Shown here: piece by piece, positions 47,927 through 58,167 of the stretch | Position numbering within the stretch: position 1 is the first letter of the stretch | Layout of the letters: the number at the start of each line of letters is the position of its first letter | Assembly: GCA_017461765.1 (NCBI GenBank) | Contig: JAFTXO010000033.1 | Coordinates: 1,700-65,699, forward strand | DNA from: Clostridia bacterium | Lineage (GTDB): Bacteria > Bacillota > Clostridia > Oscillospirales > CAG-272 | Length of the DNA stretch: 64,000 bases | Reading direction: 5' to 3' | Notes under the pieces: generated by a model | Seen by the model: only the letters and a program-made list of their open reading frames with translations | Databases searched by the model: none | What the model was told of the DNA's origin: nothing | Translations under genes and position numbers: made by a program

Positions 47927-48591
47927 CTCCGATAAGAATAAAATTCAAAAAATACGGCTCCCTTATGTATATATCGCATCTTGATCTTGCAAGAACGATG
48001 CAGAGAATAATCGTAAGATCGGGTATCGATATTTGGTATTCCGAAGGATTTAATCCTCAGCCCAAGATCGTTTTTGCAGTTCCGCTACCCGTAGGAGTTG
48101 AAAGCGAATGCGAATATATGGACATAAAAATAAACACCCCTATGTCATGTGACGAGATATCACGCCGTTTAAGCGCGAATTTTCCCGAGGAAATGAAGGT
48201 GCTTGACGTTTATGTGCCGGAAACAAAGCTCAAAAAAATAATGTATATTGACTACGAAATAACAATATCTTCGCCTTATATAGAAGCATCAACTGCCGAA
48301 AAAATAAATTTGATTTTTTCGAATGATCTATATATAACAAAAAAATCAAAAGGAAACGAGAAGGAGATAAATATAAAGGAGTATATAAAATCTCTTAAAT
48401 CGCGTACTTCCGATGATAAAATAGTTATAGATGCTATAATTGCTTCGGGCAGTGAAAAAAATCTAAATCCGGAGCTTTTGATAGAGGCAATAAAACAAAA
48501 TATTGGCATTCTCACAACATCTCCTATATCGGAATATTACACTATTATGCGAAAGGATATGCTTTGCGAGGATCTTACGAAATTTCAATAA
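47905..48591 (+). CDS. TIGR03936-family radical SAM-linked protein (DUF2344)
   Basis: RIKF.K.G...YISHLDL.R, YSEGFNP.PK, PLPVGVES..EY; overlaps the radical SAM gene. Confidence 0.9.
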   Translation: MVSESQITPIRIKFKKYGSLMYISHLDLARTMQRIIVRSGIDIWYSEGFNPQPKIVFAVPLPVGVESECEYMDIKINTPMSCDEISRRLSANFPEEMKVLDVYVPETKLKKIMYIDYEITISSPYIEASTAEKINLIFSNDLYITKKSKGNEKEINIKEYIKSLKSRTSDDKIVIDAIIASGSEKNLNPELLIEAIKQNIGILTTSPISEYYTIMRKDMLCEDLTKFQ

Positions 48592-48644
48592 GAGCAAACT
48601 AAAAAAGCCAAACCCCGATTTTAGACGGGTGTCTGTAAAACATT

Positions 48645-48681
48645 AATCCGACCTATGGTTACGATCATAGGTCGGATTTTT
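48645..48681 (+). terminator. Strong hairpin with T tail
   Basis: aatccgacctatg-gttacgat-cataggtcggatt-ttt. Confidence 0.7.
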
Positions 48682-48709
48682 GCTTATTGTTTCGATGCAA
48701 CAGTATCCA

Positions 48710-48843
48710 AGGCTCCACTTGTCAGAGAAGCTGACTGAGGGGTAGTATTCTCTCCCTCCGTCAAAAATCAAAGATTTTTGCCACATCCCTCTGATGAGGG
48801 AGGTGGGGGTAGCGGTGCAATGCCGCATATAACGCACCCCACC
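48710..48843. repeat. GC-rich multi-hairpin REP-like element
   Basis: gtcag-agaag-ctgac; caaaaatc-aaa-gatttttg; tccctc-tgat-gaggga; ggtgggg...ccccacc. Confidence 0.5.
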
Positions 48844-48911
48844 GAACGGTGTATAGAAGTGCGCTCTTATATCTGGTCGACAAATTGGAATTTGTTGCTG
48901 TTGAAATATAA

Positions 48912-49214
48912 TCACACTGTACTTTTAGAAAATTTTATAAATTCATATGGCAATCCTATATCTTCAGAATATTTACAGATTTCTATCTTTTCGTCATCAG
49001 TCATTTCGTCATAGAAAGGGCGATCTGATACTTTCCAGTATGCTTTAACTTCGTCAATTTTCAATACATCCCCCCATGGGGCAGTATATAATTCTCCAAC
49101 TTTATATTTCCCGATTTCTTTATATACCCTTGTGGTATAACAATACCCCAGTGTATTTAAATAATTTTGAATTGATTCATATTCATGTTCAGGAAATGAT
49201 ATTTCTTCATACAT
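48912..49214 (-). CDS. Small hypothetical protein (possibly ASCH/PUA-like)
   Basis: 100 aa ORF with protein-like composition; G.CYTTRV...KYKVGE...LKI.EV pattern; lies inside the inverted-repeat-bounded insert. Confidence 0.6.
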   Translation of the reverse strand: MYEEISFPEHEYESIQNYLNTLGYCYTTRVYKEIGKYKVGELYTAPWGDVLKIDEVKAYWKVSDRPFYDEMTDDEKIEICKYSEDIGLPYEFIKFSKSTV

Positions 49215-49443
49215 ACAATAAGCCTTCTAACAATGTAAAACTAAAGTTTGTTTATCTCTCTATCCCATACAAGTAAACTGCGTTCAATTGCCATCCCTCG
49301 CTCTAAAGAGCTCGGTCAAATCAAGTTTATCCAACTGTTTGTATTCTATATATTGTCGCAACATATACAAGAACATACCCGGAAAACAATGCTGCCGGGC
49401 CTGAAACTGTTTTATGGACACCCACCTTTTTTCGGGGGGTGAT

Positions 49444-50586
49444 TTAGGCTTTATATCTTGCTCTTTTTATTTTACGCAAAGGAGCGAGGGTGTTTTTGTC
49501 AAATACCGAAAGAGAAGACTCCTCAATGCCCATTTTTTCAATAAATTCATCAAATGTAATGAACTCTATATTTTTAACTCCGGCATCTATTGTGCGTAAA
49601 GCCTTGTTTTTTCTATAACAGCTTTGATGAATGCTTTCATCTTTAAATTCGTAGGTAACAAAAATATCGCAGTACGAGGCGTTTGAGGTGTATTTTATAC
49701 CTCTTTTTGCAAGAATTGATACTATATTCATCATTTCCTTGAAATGATACTCCTCATATAAATTGCTTATACAGATTTTTTTGCCAGAAAACAGAGAAGA
49801 TTTGTTTCCGTAATTTACAAAAACTCTTGAGGAATACTTAGAAAATGCTTGACGGTTAGCATCAAGACCGTGCATCCAATTAGAACGTGTGCTGTTTGTT
49901 ATCGTTTCCATATCTGAAAGCTTTTTGGTACGAAGATATTCTTTGTATTTCGTGTATTCCGTATCAAGCTCGCCGTTTTTACACCAGCATTTGCAGTTTG
50001 GATATTTCTTTATTACTTCCTCGGCAGATAGAGAGGTTTCATCGCAGATGCCTTTCATGACCTTCATTGTGAACAAAGCGTCATCATCGCTTTTATGTAT
50101 GTCTTGCGTTTCCGTAACTCCATAGCTTGCCGCTGATTTGATAAGAGAAGGAGTGTTATCAAGATGATGAAGATCGGTATAAATTCTTTGAACATCAATA
50201 AAATTGTAGTCAAAAAATTTATTATCATATCCAAGCTTCAAAATTTTGCTTTCGTATCTTTCACATTCGCTTTTTATGTATCTTGCATCAGCCATTACAG
50301 AAAAGCCGAAAATAATCGCATCATCATCTGTAAGGAGCGAGCGTATTTCAGGATAAAAAGCCGAAAAATCAGGAGAAGCCTTAAATTTCTTTTCATCATA
50401 AGCCAATACGATCTCAGGCTGATTATCTTTGCTTGGAAGATAAAATCTCGCCTTTGGATTTATAACAATATCCTTTTTTCCTATCACATTGAAATACTCG
50501 TCGGTGACAACATATCCAAAAGAGCAAATTTTTCCGTTGCCGTGAAAACAGTTAGCGCATTCAATATCAAAAAATATATATTTCAT
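49444..50586 (-). CDS. DEDDh 3'-5' exonuclease family protein with extra C-terminal domain
   Basis: FFDIECA, ICSFGYV, D..YI..EC.RY, H.SDDDA; C-terminal region resembles a BRCT-like fold. Confidence 0.75.
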   Translation of the reverse strand: MKYIFFDIECANCFHGNGKICSFGYVVTDEYFNVIGKKDIVINPKARFYLPSKDNQPEIVLAYDEKKFKASPDFSAFYPEIRSLLTDDDAIIFGFSVMADARYIKSECERYESKILKLGYDNKFFDYNFIDVQRIYTDLHHLDNTPSLIKSAASYGVTETQDIHKSDDDALFTMKVMKGICDETSLSAEEVIKKYPNCKCWCKNGELDTEYTKYKEYLRTKKLSDMETITNSTRSNWMHGLDANRQAFSKYSSRVFVNYGNKSSLFSGKKICISNLYEEYHFKEMMNIVSILAKRGIKYTSNASYCDIFVTYEFKDESIHQSCYRKNKALRTIDAGVKNIEFITFDEFIEKMGIEESSLSVFDKNTLAPLRKIKRARYKA

Positions 50587-50605
50587 TAATCATACCCTTT
50601 ACAAA

Positions 50606-51205
50606 TTAAATGTCGCGTCTGCCTTGGATAGCTCTGAAAAGAGTTATCTCGTCAGCATATTCGAGGTCAGCCCCGACAGGAAGACCGTTTGCTATTCTTG
50701 TAACCTTTATGTCAAAGGGCTTTAAAAGTCTTGAAATATACATTGCCGTAGCCTCACCCTCAACAGTAGGATTGGTTGCAATAATAACCTCGGAAATGTT
50801 TTCATTCTCAACTCTTTTTAAAAGCTCTTTTATTGTAAGCATATCCGGGCCGATTCCTTTCATTGGCGAGATAGTGCCATTTAAAACATGATAAACTCCC
50901 GTGTATTCCTTTACCTTTTCAAGAGCCATAACGCTTTGAGGATCTTCAACCACGCAAACAATAGAATGGTCTCTTGTGGATGAGGAGCATATATCGCAAA
51001 TTTCAGAATCGGAAATGTTCTGACAAACAGAGCATATACCGATATTGGTTTTTGCAGCAATGATAGCATCTGCAAAAGCTCTTGCGTTTTCTTCGCTCAT
51101 ATTCAAAATGGAAAAAGCCATTCTTGTAGCGCTTTTCTTACCGACACCCTCAAGAGAACGGAACTTGTCAACAAGATCCTGAAGCGGCTTTAATAATGTT
51201 TCCAT
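50606..51205 (-). CDS. recR: Recombination mediator RecR
   Basis: L.GVG.KSA.R, C4 zinc finger, CVVE, YHVL.G.ISP, ATNPTVEGEATA. Confidence 0.97.
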   Translation of the reverse strand: METLLKPLQDLVDKFRSLEGVGKKSATRMAFSILNMSEENARAFADAIIAAKTNIGICSVCQNISDSEICDICSSSTRDHSIVCVVEDPQSVMALEKVKEYTGVYHVLNGTISPMKGIGPDMLTIKELLKRVENENISEVIIATNPTVEGEATAMYISRLLKPFDIKVTRIANGLPVGADLEYADEITLFRAIQGRRDI

Positions 51206-51552
51206 TAAAACATACCGCCAAGGCCCATACCCATACCGCCAAGAGGACCTGTAACCTTTTTCATTTCTTCATCAGCATCGGAATTTACTTTTTTAATAGC
51301 CTCATTAACGGCAGCGACCATAATATCGGAAAGAGTTTCGATATCGTCGGGATCAACGATCTCAGGTGCAATATCGATAGATAATATCTCGCGCTTACCG
51401 TTTATTTTGATTTTAACTACGCCACCGCCCGCCGATACGTCATATTCTTTGTTTTCAAGCTCAAGCTGCTTAGCCTGCATATCCTCTTGCATCTTTTGTG
51501 CTTGCTTGATCATTTCGTTCATGCTCGGACCCTTTGGAACCATTGCTTTCAT
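51205..51552 (-). CDS. YbaB/EbfC nucleoid-associated protein
   Basis: KQAQKMQ, AGGG.V, VDPDD.E.L.D...AAVNEA. Confidence 0.95.
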   Translation of the reverse strand: MKAMVPKGPSMNEMIKQAQKMQEDMQAKQLELENKEYDVSAGGGVVKIKINGKREILSIDIAPEIVDPDDIETLSDIMVAAVNEAIKKVNSDADEEMKKVTGPLGGMGMGLGGMF

Positions 51553-51567
51553 AATATACCACCTTTA

Positions 51568-53142
51568 TTAAATAAATTCATCAAGATCGGAAACTGCTTC
51601 TTTTGCAGTTTTCAAAATTATGTTGATTTGCGAAAGAGAATCGATCTCTACATCGCAACAGATCATTGAATCTAAAATATATTTTTTATTTCTTTCCGAG
51701 GAGAGCATAGTAGCCATAAGCTTATTTGATGTAACTATATTGTATTTTTGCTCCTTCGGTATAAAATAACATTCACAGTTTTTAAGGAAGCTTTCAACTG
51801 CTTGATCGTATTCACCTACCTTGGCAATAATATCGGACCAGTTTTCGAGCTTTCGTATTTTATCGTTTTCAACCGATTCATTAACCGAGTCCTCTTGAAT
51901 CTCGGTAAATGTATTAGACTTTTTATCGGATTTTTCGGTCTCCGAATTGTGATCCTGGGAAGACGCAGTATCTTGAGAAACAGTAACGCCCTTTGACATA
52001 AGCCTGAGCTTGTCCTCAAGAGCCGATATTCTCGCCAAAAGCGCATCATTAGATGTTGAAAGCTTTGAATCACACATTTTCATAAGTGTGATCTCGGCGC
52101 ATAAGCGTTTGTTTGTCGGGTTTCTCATCATGCTTATATAAGCATCATCCAAAAGACGTGAATGATAGAGAAGCGTGCCCATATCGAAAAGTGATGTAAC
52201 ATCCTCAAGGAGCTTGTATTCCTGAGGAATAAGATCAAGGTATTTTGCGCCCGAGCAAGATTTTTGAATCATCATATCTCTATAAAATGATGTAAGATCT
52301 GAGAAAAATACCAAAACATCTTTAGAAGAAACAACGATATCGTTTACAGTCTCAAAAAGCTTTGCATAATCCTTATTTGCTATATATCTTGCTACATCAC
52401 ACATTTTATCATAAGAGCTGGTGCCGAGTATCTCATTTACAAGCTCTGCATTTATAGGCTTGTGAGAACCTGCACAAAGCTCCATAAGACTGATAGCATC
52501 ACGCATACCGCCTTGAGCACTTTTTGATATCAAGGCAGCGCCGTCACTTTCAAGAGCTATACCTTCACTGTTGGCAATAAACATAAGTCTCTTTGAAAGC
52601 TCAGCCATAGAAATGCGTCTGAATTCAAATCTTTGACATCTGGATATGATAGTGGCGGGAATTTTATGCGGTTCTGTCGTAGCAAATATATATAATACGT
52701 GCTCCGGAGGCTCTTCAATAGTTTTTAAAAGAGCATTGAAAGCGCTATCAGAAAGCATATGTGCTTCATCTATGATATAAACTCTTTTTTTGAGCATAGC
52801 AGGAGTATACATTACATTGTCACGAAGATCTCTTATATAATCAACACCTGTATTTGTAGCCGCATCCATTTCAATAACATCAGTAGCATTTCCTGAATCT
52901 ATTGCTTTGCAGTTTGCACATTCATTACAGGGATTGCCGTTTTCGGGATTTAGACAGTTTACTACCTTTGCAAGTATTTTTGCACAAGTAGTTTTACCTG
53001 TACCTCGCGAGCCGGCAAAAAGATAAGCGTGGGATACGGAATTGTTAAGAGCCTCGTGCTTTAAAATAGAAGTTATATGCTCTTGACCCGAAACGTCGTC
53101 AAACTTAATAGGTCTGTATTTTCTGTATAAAGCTTGATGCAT
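51568..53142 (-). CDS. dnaX: DNA polymerase III gamma/tau subunit
   Basis: ALYRKYRP, GSRGTGKTT, IIDEAHML, FNALLKT.EEPP, SRCQ. Confidence 0.97.
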   Translation of the reverse strand: MHQALYRKYRPIKFDDVSGQEHITSILKHEALNNSVSHAYLFAGSRGTGKTTCAKILAKVVNCLNPENGNPCNECANCKAIDSGNATDVIEMDAATNTGVDYIRDLRDNVMYTPAMLKKRVYIIDEAHMLSDSAFNALLKTIEEPPEHVLYIFATTEPHKIPATIISRCQRFEFRRISMAELSKRLMFIANSEGIALESDGAALISKSAQGGMRDAISLMELCAGSHKPINAELVNEILGTSSYDKMCDVARYIANKDYAKLFETVNDIVVSSKDVLVFFSDLTSFYRDMMIQKSCSGAKYLDLIPQEYKLLEDVTSLFDMGTLLYHSRLLDDAYISMMRNPTNKRLCAEITLMKMCDSKLSTSNDALLARISALEDKLRLMSKGVTVSQDTASSQDHNSETEKSDKKSNTFTEIQEDSVNESVENDKIRKLENWSDIIAKVGEYDQAVESFLKNCECYFIPKEQKYNIVTSNKLMATMLSSERNKKYILDSMICCDVEIDSLSQINIILKTAKEAVSDLDEFI

Positions 53143-53182
53143 AATTTCTCCTTATTAAATCAAAAAACAAGATGTCATATAA

Positions 53183-53455
53183 GATCATACACCTAAAATT
53201 CGAGCTGATTTTACATGCGCAAACCAAGAGCGTATGCTCAGAACAAGCACCCTCACGGCACATCTCCAAAACTGCTTAGTGCTGCTTGGTCCCCCACCTG
53301 ACACGGTTCACAGCCGGAAATTGCGCAAGACTCATTCGTCAACGCATCCGCAAATGGCGCAAGACCACACAAAACCAGTCCTCAGATTAGGATTCACCCC
53401 TGCATATAGCGGATTTCAGGTACAGGGCACCGCTACCGCCCCAGCTAGTATGACC
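53183..53455 (-). ncRNA. ffs: Large (Bacillus-type) signal recognition particle RNA
   Basis: Alu domain GGGGCGGTAGCGGTGCCCTGTACCTG.AATCCGCTA; helix 8 GTGTCAGG-TGG-GGGA-CCA-AGCAGC; upstream of dnaX. Confidence 0.9.
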
Positions 53456-53625
53456 TTATATCACAACTTGTTTTTTGTGAAATATTAAAATTTTATATCT
53501 TTTTTATATAAGAAATCAAGATATGTAATAGTATAGCATAAGAGTAAGTAAAAAGTCAAGGCAAGAAACGAAATTTTCTCGCCTTAACTTGAAATTTATT
53601 TATAAATATCAAATAATTTATATTA

Positions 53626-54864
53626 TTATATGCCGAAAAGCTCGTTTTCGATTTTTAAAAGACGGTTATACTTTGAAACTCTTTCCATTCTGCACGGTGC
53701 ACCGGTTTTTATAAATTCCGACATAACGGCAACCGAAATATCAGCAATCGAAGTGTCGTCTGTATCACCTGAACGGTGAGAGAGAATAGAATAATATCCG
53801 TTTTCCTTTGCAAGCTTTATAACATCGAGAGTTTCGCTCAGCGTTCCTATTTGGTTAGGCTTTATAAGAATTGTATTAGCCATATTATTTTTTATGCCAT
53901 CATTAAGTCTTTTTTTATTGGTTACAAAAAGATCGTCACCTACCAAAAGAGTTTTTTTGTTTAATTTTTCAGTGATTTGTTGCCATCCCTCGTAGTCGCA
54001 TTCTCCTATAGGATCTTCGATCGAAATAATAGGATATTTTGAAACTAACTCATCCCATTTTGTGATTAGCTCCGATGATGAGAAATCCTTTTTTGCTTTA
54101 GGCAGATGATAAGAACCTTTTTCATACCACTCGCTTGATGCGATATCAAGTGCGAGTTTAACATTTTTAGTGGAATATCCGGCGTTTTTGATAGCAGTAA
54201 TTATCATTTCTATAGCTTCATTTTCGCTTTTGAGATCAGGAGCATATCCGCCCTCGTCGCCTACTGATATCGTATGACCTTCGCTTTTTAAAAGCTTTCC
54301 TAATGCCTGATATATCTCGCATCCCGCCTGCAATGCCTTTGAAAATGACGGAAAATCAACGGGAACTATCATAAATTCCTGAATATCGATGTTGTTAGAT
54401 GCATGAGCACCGCCATTTAAAATGTTCATCATAGGAGCAGGCATTCGTCTTGCAAATTCTCCGCCAATATATTTATAAAGGGGAAGTGAATGTAAGCTTG
54501 CAAAGGCTTTATAGATAGCCAGGGAAACGGACAATGTAGCATTAGCACCTAAAACACTTTTGTTTTCAGTCTTATCATGCTCACACATGATCTCATCAAT
54601 TTCTCGAGGACATGAAAAGCTTTTATTTACGATAAGGGGTGCAATTACGGAATTTACATTGTAAACCGCTTTTAAAACACCTTTTCCGTTGTATCGCTTG
54701 TCATTGTCTCGAAGCTCTTTTGCCTCAAAAATACCTGTTGAAGCACCTGAAGGTACTGATGCAGTTGCTGATATTCCGTTTTCTAAAACTACAGTCGCTT
54801 CTACTGTGGGATTTGAGCGCGAATCGATTATCTCTCGTGCTTTTAAAGATTTTATAATACTCAT
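53626..54864 (-). CDS. eno: Enolase
   Basis: VPSGASTG, GGAHA, QEFMI, GDEGG, SIEDP, VGDDLFVTN, IKPNQIG, SHRSG, KYNRLL. Confidence 0.93.
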   Translation of the reverse strand: MSIIKSLKAREIIDSRSNPTVEATVVLENGISATASVPSGASTGIFEAKELRDNDKRYNGKGVLKAVYNVNSVIAPLIVNKSFSCPREIDEIMCEHDKTENKSVLGANATLSVSLAIYKAFASLHSLPLYKYIGGEFARRMPAPMMNILNGGAHASNNIDIQEFMIVPVDFPSFSKALQAGCEIYQALGKLLKSEGHTISVGDEGGYAPDLKSENEAIEMIITAIKNAGYSTKNVKLALDIASSEWYEKGSYHLPKAKKDFSSSELITKWDELVSKYPIISIEDPIGECDYEGWQQITEKLNKKTLLVGDDLFVTNKKRLNDGIKNNMANTILIKPNQIGTLSETLDVIKLAKENGYYSILSHRSGDTDDTSIADISVAVMSEFIKTGAPCRMERVSKYNRLLKIENELFGI

Positions 54865-54923
54865 AAAATACTCCTTTTTTCTTTAGTATGTCTTTTTTAG
54901 AAAAAAATATAAGCGAAAAAAGA

Positions 54924-54947
54924 AAAACCGCCGAAATTGGCGGTTTT
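54924..54947 (-). terminator. Intrinsic terminator
   Basis: aaaaccgcc-gaaatt-ggcggtttt. Confidence 0.75.
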
Positions 54948-54950
54948 AAG

Positions 54951-56459
54951 TTATTTTTTCTGTTCGTTTTCTTTATTCAAGATCTCGGATATATCGATAG
55001 TAGAGGTGTTGGTACAAGGATTTTCTTTTGACTCTTCAATATCTATATTTATTTGATCCTTCTCGTTTATGATAAGATCCTTGATCTCATTGACAGCCAT
55101 TTGGTGAAGCTCGGAATCAATTTTTTTGTTTTCGATCTTTTCTTCCTCTTTGATTTTGCTATATGCTTCAGTAACAAGCGCGGCCTGCATAAATTTTTCA
55201 TCCGAGAAAATATCTTGAGATTTGTAAAGCTCAGTATCCCTCGGCAAATTCTTTTTCTTAAGACGACTATCTATACCGCGAGAGAAGAGATAAGTGATAA
55301 CTGCACAGAGCGGAACACCGATTATCATTCCGACAATTCCGAATAAATAAGAGCAAGCCGTAACTGCAGCGATAACACCAATAGGAGTAAGGCCTGTAGA
55401 AGCACCTATAATATGCGGTGCTATAATATTTCCGTCAACCTGTTGTATTATAAGGATAATTGCTGCAAACGCTATAGCCTTACCAATTCCACCATCAGGA
55501 CTTACAACTATAAGTATAGCAGAAGGAATTCCACCGATAAACGGACCGAAGAAAGGGATCATGTTTGTAAATCCTACGATAACTCCTATAAGAGCAGGCA
55601 TAGGAAATTTAAGTATAGCAAGAATAGATGCAACTACAATTCCAACGAACATAGAGTCGCAAACAGTGCCGACAAGATATCTTCCGACGGTTTTGTCCGA
55701 ATATCTTGCAAAATTCATAAAGCTTTCGTATTTTTCCTTTTTTAATATAGCACAAAGGAATTTTTTGATCTTGGCTCCGATGCTTTCCTTGTGAATAAGG
55801 AAATATATTGAAAGGATAATTCCTACAATAACGTAGAAGACTTGATTTATAAGAACTCCGGCTACCTTTGATACCATATTAAGAAGTCCGTTTACTATGT
55901 TTGATATTTGAGATCCCGATTCAACGGATATATCACCTGAAGAGAATGAAGCTCCGGCAGATGTTAAAAACTTAGTAATGGAAGCCATTATTTCGTTTAC
56001 ATCTATATCAAGAGAAGGGAATTCCTCTTGAAGCTTAGCTAAAAATTGCTGAATCCAAGTATAGATGCTATTTATATAACCTTCAATATTTTTAGCAAAG
56101 CTTTCTATATTGTTTACCATAGGAAGAATGATAGCTACCAATATTAATGCAATTATGCCAAAAAATATAATATAAGTGGATATAAGCGAAAGAGCTTTTC
56201 TTAATTTGCGGTGTTCTTTCTTTTTATCTACAAAAGCGAAAACTTTTTTGTTTAAAAGCTTATAAAGCGGATTGCATATATAAGCTATAGCAAATCCGTA
56301 AATAAATGCTGACATCGCTTTTGCAAAGGCGTTGAGCGCACCAAGAATTGAATTAAATTTAAATATAAGAAAAACAAAAGAAATAAGTGCAGCACCAACT
56401 AAAAAAGCATAGAAAGCGATGGATGCAAATTTTTCATTCTTTTTGAATCTTTTAAACAT
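54951..56459 (-). CDS. AI-2E family transporter
   Basis: IAYICNP, TNMIPFFGPFIG, QQVDGNII.P.I.G...GL, GMIIGVP. Confidence 0.92.
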   Translation of the reverse strand: MFKRFKKNEKFASIAFYAFLVGAALISFVFLIFKFNSILGALNAFAKAMSAFIYGFAIAYICNPLYKLLNKKVFAFVDKKKEHRKLRKALSLISTYIIFFGIIALILVAIILPMVNNIESFAKNIEGYINSIYTWIQQFLAKLQEEFPSLDIDVNEIMASITKFLTSAGASFSSGDISVESGSQISNIVNGLLNMVSKVAGVLINQVFYVIVGIILSIYFLIHKESIGAKIKKFLCAILKKEKYESFMNFARYSDKTVGRYLVGTVCDSMFVGIVVASILAILKFPMPALIGVIVGFTNMIPFFGPFIGGIPSAILIVVSPDGGIGKAIAFAAIILIIQQVDGNIIAPHIIGASTGLTPIGVIAAVTACSYLFGIVGMIIGVPLCAVITYLFSRGIDSRLKKKNLPRDTELYKSQDIFSDEKFMQAALVTEAYSKIKEEEKIENKKIDSELHQMAVNEIKDLIINEKDQINIDIEESKENPCTNTSTIDISEILNKENEQKK

Positions 56460-56563
56460 TTTTTTCTCCTAAAGTATATTATATTATTACTATTTTAACT
56501 TATTTAAAGCTGCAAGTCAAGAGAATTTTGGTAAATATAAATAAAATATATTTATAAAAAAGA

Positions 56564-56589
56564 AAAAATCGGGCTATTGCCCGATTTTT
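56564..56589 (-). terminator. Intrinsic terminator of guaB
   Basis: aaaaatcgggc-tatt-gcccgattttt. Confidence 0.8.
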
Positions 56590-56595
56590 GAATAA

Positions 56596-58092
<1,497 letters not shown>

Positions 58093-58113
58093 TTAATTGA
58101 ATATATTTTTTAT

Positions 58114-58142
58114 ATTATAAAACCAAAAACACGATTTGTCAA
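58114..58142 (-). promoter_or_regulatory. Consensus sigma-A promoter of guaB
   Basis: TTGACA-N17-TATAAT on the minus strand. Confidence 0.8.
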
Positions 58143-58167
58143 CAAAATTTTTCAAAAAACTAAAATT

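Larger units (their letters stand above)
48627..49423. mobile_element. Non-autonomous insertion bounded by terminal inverted repeats (IS-derived or MITE-like)
   Basis: GGGTGTCTGTAAAACA (48627-48642) matches the reverse complement of TGTTTTATGGACACCC (49408-49423) at 14/16; no transposase inside. Confidence 0.5.

Noticed and set aside
48643-49014. ORFs 48643-48915 (-) and 48778-49014 (+)
   Set aside because: They run through hairpin or repeat DNA, lack an RBS and have atypical composition
53234-53488. 84-aa plus-strand ORF
   Set aside because: Antisense to the SRP RNA
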